A DNA stretch of 64,000 nucleotides, from assembly GCA_028867075.1 (NCBI GenBank), contig JAGWGZ010000001.1, forward strand, positions 26,660 through 90,659. The letters are read 5' to 3'. The notes under the pieces are model-generated. The model ran no database searches. It was given only the letters and a program-made list of their open reading frames with translations, and had not been told where the DNA came from. This document shows positions 18,201-24,776 of this stretch, piece after piece. This DNA is from Nanobdellota archaeon (GTDB lineage: Archaea > Nanobdellota > Nanobdellia > Pacearchaeales > GW2011-AR1). Positions within the stretch are counted from its first letter, which is position 1. Each line of letters starts with the position of its first letter. Position numbers and translations under genes: made by a program.

Positions 18201-20250
18201 GCCTGCTCCGCAAACCTATACCTGTGATGGTGTCACAAAAACTTATTCAACTCCTTCTGATGCGGCCGTAAGAGGGTACATTGGATACGGGTGCACAAAT
18301 AATCCAAGCATAGACGTCCCGAGTTATGTTGATGATGTTAATCAGAGGTATAATCTCATAATGAGCATAATAAATCCGCAGCAGAGTACAGCAACGGCAT
18401 TGTATCAGACAGCTGCATATTCCCCTGATTTTGTTTCCCCCGTATTTAATTATAATAGTCTTTATTATGAATTTTCAGGAGGAACCTGGCAGTGGTCAAA
18501 TGATGGAAAAAAGTGGAATAATCTTGTGAACTCAGGAAGTTTAAGCGGAAGCAATTCAGTCATTGTCCAAAATTTAAATGGTAGATCATATGAGCAAGGA
18601 TTAAAAATATTAATTGATAGCGAACTTTCAAGTACTGGTGTTAAGGTCCCACTTATAAATTTGGCTCTCCCTATAGGTTATCCAATGCTTTCAACCCAAT
18701 ATGTTTCAATGGATCATAATGGACAGTTTAATTTCCTTTATTCCAAAGATAGAAGTTTCCCATTTTATTTCAAATTCTTAAATGGTAAGTGGATGTGGGA
18801 GACTAGTTCTAATTTAAATGGATGGATGGACACCAGTATCTCAAGCACAACTGTTGAGAGCGCGGGTGCCCCCCCAATGCTGACAAGTTTCTTAAGTAAT
18901 CTTGACCTTTACCAAGGTGCAGAAGCTTTGTTCAACAGCGGAGGAGATGATACTATCCCTGTTTCAGTTCCAACCTCCGCTTTTGATTATACCCCTTCCC
19001 TTCCTTCAACACCCATAACACCAAGTTCACAAACCCAAACCTCTTCAACAGCCCAGACACCTTCGACGTCTTCTATATCCCAATCACAGATATCCTCAGA
19101 TGATATAGGTTCTTATAACAATTTTGCATCTTTATTTAGTCAGTATTCACAGTCTAATCTTCCAAATGTGGTGATTGCACCTGCTCCAGGGAAATCTTTT
19201 TCTTCTGAAAGCGTTACAGGTCCAAGTACAAACGATATTTATTGGACGCAAAATGATTTTGAGGCTTTATTGATTTCAATTGCGCAGCAAAATGAATGGG
19301 GGCAGTTTGACACAAGTGGCAGCTGGTTGATGGGATATAGAGCTGGAAATCCTCACTATCAAACTGCAGATATCCAGATACGGGCCACCTCACTTATTTT
19401 AGAATCAGCAATACAAGGGGAAGGTAATTCTCTTGCGGACCAAGCAGGAAAGATTGTATCTTATGACTCTTGCAAACAATATTATAGAGTTGATACCACC
19501 AAGCAAATTTCATGCATATTGAGTATTTATCACACTGGAAGTTATTATACAGGGTTTTGGTTTACCGGAATAGGTGCAAATAAAGACGGAAACAATTATG
19601 CATCAAATGTCCTTGGAAACTGGACGTTATGGAAAAATTACCTAAGTTTGCAGCAAGGATCATCATCACAAACTCCCTCTTCTTCTAGTTCATCTGCAAA
19701 TTTAAATCCCACTTCTGCTCTTCCAGTCTCTCAATATAGTCCTTTCTCTGGCGTTTTTGCAAATTATGCGCAGGTTAATCTCCCTAATTCTGTTCTTGTG
19801 CCTGGTTCAATAATTGGTCCAAGTTCTAATGATGTCTATTGGAGTCAGAATGATTTCAAAGCTCTACTGGTAGCAATTGCGCAAATGAATAATTTTGGAA
19901 TTAATAGTAATGGTGATGGTATGATGGGTTATAGTCTGAGTTCTAGTTCAAGCCTTGATAAATATAATCAAATTAACATCGTCTCTTCAGCTTTAAAATC
20001 CGCAATTGAAGGAACAGGAAGTTCGCAGCCAGACCAAGCAGGGAATCTTGTTTCATATAATACCTGTAATCAATATTATAGAATAAATATGAATAATCAA
20101 CTGACATGTATCTTAAATATCTATAAGACGGGAATGAGTTCTGACAGCAGCGGGGTAGCTTATGCAAATAACGTCTTGAGTCTCGCAAAGATATGGGATG
20201 ATTACTTTAGCAGTAGTGGATCTAGTAATCTCGACCAACTTGCACTATAA
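12214..20250 (+). CDS. giant secreted Cys-rich protein (2678 aa) with lytic transglycosylase (SLT) domain and two SLT-like repeats
   Basis: Sec signal peptide (..PVLA/FS); LLLSIMVQES..GLMQI..NIQCGASVLKSKY..YVDDV at about 17900-18370; duplicated C-terminal domains; starts immediately after upstream stop. Confidence 0.85.
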   Translation: MKNKMMLRIEILLVVAAALSLILFANPVLAFSDSTFQTSAFNNLISPTASSGFDNSMCQQGQDFILQISPTGCMPAVVRSDLLEQQDVPVMCPIVATQINPLISVNSIQGMTISVSGNASRYVNTAGFYPAQAALNLQGQQNTYPLLSNVGYAVIDLKQMPNESSMPDFVSGNLTATINYNAQNIFGGNSNFYIPVMSDSDWQNNYPDYNFWNSKGYLRVTSIQNDNANINVYGTNLNQLSSLNLKTGQTSGNIAIPGFDFCSATMQIKLNSLQNANTMANLEVNGNPVTVEKGGQFIDNNCQVSNIYQQGLSQDVQIGCNTDSGNKNFDLRVAPKLVMNINGQTRTVGLGDYLYTIPGDPNAITDAGKSVFLAYIGSNNTKGDLNGLYVYLVALPKNALQSESSLTNDELSSIASWVQHENLDFKVGMSGILSGLLDVGKVFAGTTESILRYIISGQDLALLPYNPSMIASNQNIPPFQQGAEQSVSIVSFAAGSDMLLQSPVNQYYQNATKDYQAIQNNYKTETYSSAGTATLGEQALYQQMSLAYNLGEKYTLNTLCNQFEQQYPKSTYDTSFCSGLQISSQTSASQLISINGQSYQINLKSVYTPTYNDYGAQILVKYKDGSSKQFDLGQNEMQTINDTSGEFMQLVSLTPTTATVSGNIKAFSSNTVTLTENVPAVFGNYVLTLQNVNLKQFADISVISNLNTAGARANVSFNISIEKRLIQLNPDKVKQQISDLNSTISTWESIANTTGTVVQALGTVCQDVGIGLTVKNLLTNLFTMTGTARQIVMTGAGGWNSKCQTLINNGKYSTLDQCFNDNSKQIDSDVSQMSQFMQSQNAGIQNLQKDYTQPASNIVGQVFQGSTVNTDKFMSSYLPQIQSCLANMGTVASSSDSSKTITSSQAQNLLIYQYYTNNFFSLSDARNVELYCNILNSNDASTSLKAIAQQGMYSTLSGIQQNSNTFQQQQTIAAKLNVPSSVVFTGSLQQNSRPISITAPQSFGTSPFTNTNLNGLPAGSHCDSNPQCQSGDCDPTLKVCIGNPSIDPSSYYFIYNDQSSSNSYLVDYNADGIVQGTYLINTASNTLSQITDAKGNIQKNYFNFAIKIYSAGSYQNEYKNPTVQYFETSPYQGMPAIVPFDLKNGWYAAVRQVLPTGGNSATQSYTAAGQVQSFYLCNVGPNGLEDGINNGDDICEGINLGTNQPYNQFPGITDPNQASQLVNSAESAIKQAAQARANNPSGLTYVTINNQRIKVGAPATSTPQIQCTDFMSPTDCNILFNACDPVVCPASRCDFGGAYHVQDVVQSGIIGSIALCLPNYKEGIAVPVCLTGIQAGVENIISYQKAYRDCLQNNLNTGQTTGICNEILSIYLCQDLWQQAQPLANLAVSKVTQTVLGQNNAGGGEYMSVQNAYNTAQQSFNYITNYYASSSSKSFSSLSTQNLGATVCQNFPSIVFPNSANMLTQLSAIDSPPQFSGNFQEIPFSSATVPPTSQYQVYYHIYAGQNSGAYYSVYLQRSSGSGSSYYQDTSAIRQTDSGYIDTGSYQDQTKDFTAPSGYDQLCINVNGQVDCGFKQVSTSLVPNYIQAQYLADQANNTQITTESQCVSGTIDTSSLLQALNPNVQNAVQNAASPQLYNQGITRICATGNPGQGSDPYAGTQNSRWIKVGSCGSQNLSCWLDTQSVKNAINAPDLASYLANGTTQNLGNATLQSLQSSYLSVLLSQSGYLSNDQFTSSIQDIQSQTDLTQKINTINNVINKVFYNNQKAYLLFLRGLAYGQLALKSYSASIPASGAGQFTSYQDCMSKIASNSVCSAMFPVSSGQGNSQGAPTGTLLPVGSACTKDSDCQSGSCVDTGDATLGKRCAASTNIPNGVTLSSLSNAMSSPELNCQCGNNCEQYAQSLINAANTYHVNLVLLLSIMVQESHCNVNAQTSPDSSGYSSIGLMQIYNSPSNLQQYCVGKISGISSASDITGAVNYDKNIQCGASVLKSKYAERPAPQTYTCDGVTKTYSTPSDAAVRGYIGYGCTNNPSIDVPSYVDDVNQRYNLIMSIINPQQSTATALYQTAAYSPDFVSPVFNYNSLYYEFSGGTWQWSNDGKKWNNLVNSGSLSGSNSVIVQNLNGRSYEQGLKILIDSELSSTGVKVPLINLALPIGYPMLSTQYVSMDHNGQFNFLYSKDRSFPFYFKFLNGKWMWETSSNLNGWMDTSISSTTVESAGAPPMLTSFLSNLDLYQGAEALFNSGGDDTIPVSVPTSAFDYTPSLPSTPITPSSQTQTSSTAQTPSTSSISQSQISSDDIGSYNNFASLFSQYSQSNLPNVVIAPAPGKSFSSESVTGPSTNDIYWTQNDFEALLISIAQQNEWGQFDTSGSWLMGYRAGNPHYQTADIQIRATSLILESAIQGEGNSLADQAGKIVSYDSCKQYYRVDTTKQISCILSIYHTGSYYTGFWFTGIGANKDGNNYASNVLGNWTLWKNYLSLQQGSSSQTPSSSSSSANLNPTSALPVSQYSPFSGVFANYAQVNLPNSVLVPGSIIGPSSNDVYWSQNDFKALLVAIAQMNNFGINSNGDGMMGYSLSSSSSLDKYNQINIVSSALKSAIEGTGSSQPDQAGNLVSYNTCNQYYRINMNNQLTCILNIYKTGMSSDSSGVAYANNVLSLAKIWDDYFSSSGSSNLDQLAL
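19111..20210 (+). repeat. two internal protein repeats (about 160-180 aa) at the C-terminus of the giant protein
   Basis: NLPN..GPSTNDIYWTQNDFEALLISIAQ..LMGY..SAIQG..DQAG..VSY..C.QYYR..CIL.IY.TG..YASNVL versus NLPN..GPSSNDVYWSQNDFKALLVAIAQ..MMGY..SAIEG..DQAG..VSY..C.QYYR..CIL.IY.TG..YANNVL. Confidence 0.9.
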
Positions 20251-20256
20251 TTCTAA

Positions 20257-20427
20257 TGCCCCCGACAGGATTTGAACCTGCGACCCTTAGCTTTCTCCTT
20301 TTGCACGCGGAGGTGCGGAACCGTTTGGGTTCTGTTGCAACTTCCTGTTGGGATGCAGGAGGTGCGGAAACCCGCAGGTGGTTCTGGTTAGAAGGCTAAT
20401 GCTCTATCCAGGCTGAGCTACAGGGGC
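20257..20427 (-). tRNA. tRNA-Arg(TCT) with 96-nt intron at position 37/38 (intron 20293-20388)
   Basis: GCCCCTG..TTAGC-CTTCTA|intron|A-GCTAA..GTTCAAATC; CTTC pairs with intron GGAG giving the BHB central helix and a 3-nt AAA bulge. Confidence 0.9.
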
Positions 20428-20522
20428 TCATTTTATTCGCCCTTAGTTTTCCTTCTTCCATTTTTACTAAGGGGCTCACTCGCTTCGCTCGTTCACCCTA
20501 CGCTCCTTCGTCGCATAGGGCT
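20428..20522 (-). repeat. cluster of GC-rich hairpins between promoter and tRNA-Arg
   Basis: CCCTATGCGACGAAGGAGCGTAGGG, CGAGCGAAGCGAG and CCCTTAGT...GGAAAACTAAGGG. Confidence 0.55.
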
Positions 20523-20548
20523 ACTATAAGTTATGTAAAAGAATGAAT

Positions 20549-20743
20549 TTAAAACTTTTCTATTGAATCTTCCAGCCCGTTTATCCTTTCAACATCCTTC
20601 ATGAAACTCTCCAGGTCATCAACCTTGATTACCCGCCCTTCCTGGTTTTTTATCCTGTAATTTCCGTTTATCTTCTCAACACGATAAATCTGACCGTATT
20701 TATCCCGATATGTCCCGCCTTTCCATTTTTTCAAATTGGCCAT
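20549..20743 (-). CDS. hypothetical protein (64 aa)
   Basis: Start overlaps the rnz stop codon (TAATG coupling). Confidence 0.7.
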   Translation of the reverse strand: MANLKKWKGGTYRDKYGQIYRVEKINGNYRIKNQEGRVIKVDDLESFMKDVERINGLEDSIEKF

Positions 20744-21663
20744 TATATTTCAAAGCTTTTCAAATCTTGGGCAAGAAATGAATTCTTGAAAGTCTTTTTT
20801 GCCTCGTTCAGGACAACTTCAGGATTTTTGTCATATCTGTTTGTGAGATGGGTCAGAAATAATCTTTTTGCATCAGACTTTTTTGCAATTTCTGCGCATT
20901 GTTTCGCGGTCCTGTGTTTGTGCTCTTTGGCGAGTTCTGCAAACTCATCAGTGTATGCTGACTCCATGATGAGGGCATCAGATTCTTTGGCATACCTGAC
21001 AATTCCGGGTTCGTATATGCCGTCCATTACAATGCAGATTTTCCTGCCTTTTTCCGCGAACGCCAAATCCTTTTGAGAGTATCTTTTTCCATTATAGGAG
21101 ATTGTTTTTCCTTTTTTTATTTCGGCAAGATGTTTTCCTGGCTTTATTCCGAGTTTTTTTAATTTATTCTTGTCTATTCTCATCTTGTCTTTGATGACAA
21201 AGCAATAGCCATTGCTTGCTATTCCATGTTCCACGGGAAAAGCTTCAATGAAAAAGTCCTCTTCATCAATGAACTTTCTGCTTGCTTCTTTTACATCAAG
21301 TCTTAGCTTATTTCTCATTTCATTTACAACCACTGACGGAAAAGCCTTCAGAACATTGTCCATCTCTTTTTCTATCCCTCTTGGCCCGTATATCCTCAGG
21401 ATTTTATTGTAATCCTGAAAAGACAGTGTCTGCAATAATCCCGGAATTCCGAGGACATGGTCTCCATGCCAGTGAGTTATCAACAGCTTTGTGAGTTTTG
21501 CAGCAGAAATCTTTGCCTTTCTGAATTGTGTCTGCGTCCCTTCGCCGCAATCCACGAGAACATTTTCTTTTCCGAAGCTAATCAGAATTGCAGGGTGATT
21601 TCTTTCAGGAGTCGGCACAGCGCCGGAAGTTCCCAGAAATGTTATCTTTACTTTTTCTGGCAT
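20743..21663 (-). CDS. rnz: ribonuclease Z
   Basis: FLGTSGAVPT.ERN, VDCGEGTQ, THWHGDHVLG, exosite GIKPG, LTH...RY. Confidence 0.95.
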   Translation of the reverse strand: MPEKVKITFLGTSGAVPTPERNHPAILISFGKENVLVDCGEGTQTQFRKAKISAAKLTKLLITHWHGDHVLGIPGLLQTLSFQDYNKILRIYGPRGIEKEMDNVLKAFPSVVVNEMRNKLRLDVKEASRKFIDEEDFFIEAFPVEHGIASNGYCFVIKDKMRIDKNKLKKLGIKPGKHLAEIKKGKTISYNGKRYSQKDLAFAEKGRKICIVMDGIYEPGIVRYAKESDALIMESAYTDEFAELAKEHKHRTAKQCAEIAKKSDAKRLFLTHLTNRYDKNPEVVLNEAKKTFKNSFLAQDLKSFEI

Positions 21664-21744
21664 TAATAAACAAAGAAAGAGCAGTTTTTATTTGTTATCC
21701 TATACTATAATAAATTATAAAAGTTACGCGTGGTTTTACATGGA

Positions 21745-22122
21745 ATGTCTTGGGATGAATTTGATTTTGGGATATCCTTTTTTTGCTGGTATAGGATTCT
21801 TGGCAACAGTGATACGGTTCCGACGAGCGACAATGAATTAGACCGCGCGATGAAAAAAGCCGTGGATTCGGGAAGATATGATTCTATCGCTGAATTTTTG
21901 CATTTTTCAAATACAAGAACCTGTTTGCGCTGTGTTGAGCTTCCTTCTCTTGAAAGAACGGCAATTAATTCGCAAATAATCTGTTATGCTCCGGAAAATT
22001 ATAAGTCCGACCGCATTTTAATCTCTCAAAGGGTTGCAGAAAGAATTTTACAAAGGTATGATAATGTTCCCGACATGAAAGAATTTGTTTCAGAAGTATT
22101 AACCAGCCTCAGCCAAAACTAA
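21745..22122 (+). CDS. hypothetical protein
   Basis: Fills the rnz-Sm gap, TATA-like TTATAAAA about 30 nt before ATG; no motif recognised. Confidence 0.6.
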   Translation: MSWDEFDFGISFFCWYRILGNSDTVPTSDNELDRAMKKAVDSGRYDSIAEFLHFSNTRTCLRCVELPSLERTAINSQIICYAPENYKSDRILISQRVAERILQRYDNVPDMKEFVSEVLTSLSQN

Positions 22123-22131
22123 GTTTTGTTA

Positions 22132-22383
22132 TTAATCCTTCTTCAAAGATGTTGATGACGGGGAAATGAAGATTATAGTATCTCCTCTCAGGAACCCCAA
22201 GCCGAGATTTCTTTTTACTTCTCCGCCTTCTATCTCCTTGATGTTGTCAAGAACAAGATTTATATGAATGTCGAATGCCAAAAGTGTACCGACAATCTGC
22301 TTGTCTCCTTTCAATTGCACTAAAACCTCTTTTCCTTTTGAGTTGTTAAGGAGGTCAAGAGGCCTTTCAATTCCATTAACCAT
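22132..22383 (-). CDS. Sm-like archaeal protein (SmAP/LSm)
   Basis: ERPLDLL, G.L.AFDIHINLVL Sm1 motif, LRGDTIIFISP Sm2 motif. Confidence 0.93.
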   Translation of the reverse strand: MVNGIERPLDLLNNSKGKEVLVQLKGDKQIVGTLLAFDIHINLVLDNIKEIEGGEVKRNLGLGFLRGDTIIFISPSSTSLKKD

Positions 22384-22506
22384 AAGTCTAATCTATAAGA
22401 ATTGTTTATAAATATTTCTATGATGATTCTGGTTGAATTTCTTTGGATTTTTACTGCTATATCTTGTTTCAGAAAGTTATTTAAATGAAAATTAAACATT
22501 CATTAT

Positions 22507-22866
22507 ATGCACACAGGGAGAAAAAAGACAGGCGGAAAATATCAGATTAACCGCAAGAAAAAACTTTATGAAAAACGGGGGCAGGCAAGAAAGACAAAGC
22601 TTGGCGAGGAAAAAAGGAAGTCCAAGAAAGTTATGGGCGGGGGAAGAAAAGTTTTCCTTCTAAAGGTGAAATCAATGAACCTTCGCGATGGAAAGAAGAT
22701 CATAAAATCTGAGATAAAAAATGTTCTTGAGACCCCTTCAAACCGATTCTTTGCAAGGCAGAATATTCTTACGAAGGGAACAATTGTTGAAACAAGCCAC
22801 GGAAAAGCGAAAATAACTAACAGGCCGACACAGGAAGGGGTTGTTAACGGGATTCTTTTGAAATAA
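22507..22866 (+). CDS. rps8e: 30S ribosomal protein eS8
   Basis: RKKTGGK, V.ETPSN.FFARQNILTKGTIVET..GKA.IT.RP.QEG.VN. Confidence 0.93.
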   Translation: MHTGRKKTGGKYQINRKKKLYEKRGQARKTKLGEEKRKSKKVMGGGRKVFLLKVKSMNLRDGKKIIKSEIKNVLETPSNRFFARQNILTKGTIVETSHGKAKITNRPTQEGVVNGILLK

Positions 22867-22955
22867 CTTGTTATTTTTACCGACTATAAGCTCAGAAAAA
22901 TTTATAAAGGCAAAAACTTTATAAACCGTACGCGAAAAACTTTTCTATCCAAAAA

Positions 22956-23882
22956 ATGGCCTTTGTAAAGAAATGTCCCGAATGCGGAAGCGTGAATATT
23001 ACACACGATCCACAGTTAGGGGAAGTGATATGCAATGACTGCGGGCTGGTAATTGAAGAGGAAATGGTTGATTCTGGCGCTGACCTTTCCGGAAAGTTTG
23101 ACAAATCAGAGAAAAAAGGGCGTGGCGGAGCTCCAATCAGCATGCAGAAATTTGACAAGGGGCTTATCACGAATGTAGGGGAAATTTCTGATATCTATCG
23201 CCTAGAGCCGGGTCAGACGAGAAAATTCCTGAGACTGAAAAAATGGCAGGAAAGAGTTTCCACTTCAATTGAAAGAAACCTGAGATTGGCAATGGCCGAG
23301 TTAAGAGTTATTGCTTCTTATCTGAATCTGCCTAATGTTGTCCGTGATGAGGCCGCAAGAATATATAACTATGTCCTGCAAAGAGGGCTTGTTCGCGGAA
23401 GAAGCATGGAGTCTGTGATTGCAGCTTGCTTGTATACAGCATGCCGCTCTTACAATATTCCAAGAACGCTTGATGAGATGGCAATTGCCTCCGACGTCGA
23501 GAGAAAAGAAATCGGGAGAACTTACAGGTTCATAATCAGGAAATTGGGAATAAAGATAAAACAGAGTTCACCGAAAGATTATATCTCCAGATTTGCATCT
23601 GTTCTGAAACTTTCCCCTAAGACGCAGAATGATGCTCTTAAAATTCTTAAGAGGGCTGAAGAAGTCGAGCTCACTTCGGGGAGGGGTCCCGCGGGAATCT
23701 CGGCAGCCGCGTTATATGTCGCAGCCCTGATGAACGATGAGAAGAAAACGCAGAGGGAAGTTGCAGATATTGCGGGAATAACTGAAGTCACAATAAGGAA
23801 CAGATACAAGGAACTGATAGAAAAGCTTGAGCTTGAAGATAAGATAAAGCAGAAAGAAGCTGAGACTAAATCTGAGAAATAA
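22956..23882 (+). CDS. tfb: transcription initiation factor TFB
   Basis: CPECGS..GEVICNDCG zinc ribbon, ERNL..A, LVRGRS.E, GRGP.G, TQREVA..AG.TEVTIRNRYKEL. Confidence 0.97.
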   Translation: MAFVKKCPECGSVNITHDPQLGEVICNDCGLVIEEEMVDSGADLSGKFDKSEKKGRGGAPISMQKFDKGLITNVGEISDIYRLEPGQTRKFLRLKKWQERVSTSIERNLRLAMAELRVIASYLNLPNVVRDEAARIYNYVLQRGLVRGRSMESVIAACLYTACRSYNIPRTLDEMAIASDVERKEIGRTYRFIIRKLGIKIKQSSPKDYISRFASVLKLSPKTQNDALKILKRAEEVELTSGRGPAGISAAALYVAALMNDEKKTQREVADIAGITEVTIRNRYKELIEKLELEDKIKQKEAETKSEK

Positions 23883-23890
23883 TTATAAAT

Positions 23891-24448
23891 TTATTTCTCT
23901 GAAATAACTCGATAATCTTTTCTTAATGCATCCAATGCTTTTTGAGGTATCCATCCACTTCCAGTTCTTGTTATTAAAGTATTTTTGCTTCCTATACAAG
24001 CAGAACCTCGTACATCCCTACTATCATAAACCTGAAGAACTATTCCAGATTCTACTGAAGGGTTTGGTCTGTATCCTTCATGATATAGTCTATCCAAAAA
24101 TTCAATTGTTGTTTTAATACTACTGCATCCATGCGGGGTCCCAAAAACCATATATAATGGATTGAGAGTAATCTGAGGTAAAATTTTTTCTATTATGAGA
24201 GGTTCTCCTCTTTGTGTTGTAGCTTTTATTTTGGTGATATAATCTTTTGCAGAAGTCCCATCTCCTTCGGACTGCTCATCTTTTTCTAATATAACTTCTG
24301 TTCGATATCCAGACTCCGAAAAGAAAGGATTAACTAAATTAGCATTAATCTCAAAAAAGTCCCAAATTTTTGAGTATGTTTCTCCAAAGTCTAAGTCTCT
24401 TATTAGATTAGGCCATTTTACAGGGGTTTCAAATATAATCTCGCTCAT
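23891..24448 (-). CDS. hypothetical protein
   Basis: 185-aa AT-rich ORF beside the tRNA-Leu pair; no motif recognised. Confidence 0.6.
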   Translation of the reverse strand: MSEIIFETPVKWPNLIRDLDFGETYSKIWDFFEINANLVNPFFSESGYRTEVILEKDEQSEGDGTSAKDYITKIKATTQRGEPLIIEKILPQITLNPLYMVFGTPHGCSSIKTTIEFLDRLYHEGYRPNPSVESGIVLQVYDSRDVRGSACIGSKNTLITRTGSGWIPQKALDALRKDYRVISEK

Positions 24449-24510
24449 GCAATCAATGAAAATGATAACTATAAAAAGATTTATACTTGCTGAAATATAT
24501 TTTATTTAAT

Positions 24511-24594
24511 GCAGGAGTAGCGAAGTGGTCTAACGCGCAAGCTTCAGAGGCTTGTCCCTTAGTGGGTTCCCAGGTTCGAATCCTGGCCCCTGCA
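24511..24594 (+). tRNA. tRNA-Leu(CAG)
   Basis: CAAGC-TTCAGAG-GCTTG anticodon arm, long variable arm, GTTCGAATC. Confidence 0.95.
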
Positions 24595-24647
24595 CTTTAA
24601 CAAGTTATAAAAATAGTTCTGGTTTTTTTGTTTGTTAGTGAATTGTC

Positions 24648-24731
24648 GCGGGGGTGCCGGAGTGGTCAAACGGGCTGGATTTAGGCTCCAGTGGCTTAGT
24701 GCCTGCACAGGTTCAAATCCTGTCCCCCGCA
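24648..24731 (+). tRNA. tRNA-Leu(TAG)
   Basis: CTGGA-TTTAGGC-TCCAG anticodon arm, long variable arm, GTTCAAATC. Confidence 0.95.
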
Positions 24732-24776
24732 TTTACTTCAAGAAACAATTAAAAATCCAAGCGACTTTATTCATGA

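Noticed and set aside
19111-20210. Diversity-generating retroelement TR/VR pair
   Set aside because: Repeats are diverged at all base types, not adenine-specific, and no reverse transcriptase is in the window
9917-20427. Surface locus as an integrated island bounded by tRNA-Val and tRNA-Arg
   Set aside because: No integrase or duplicated tRNA 3' end seen; the 5' part looks compositionally like the host
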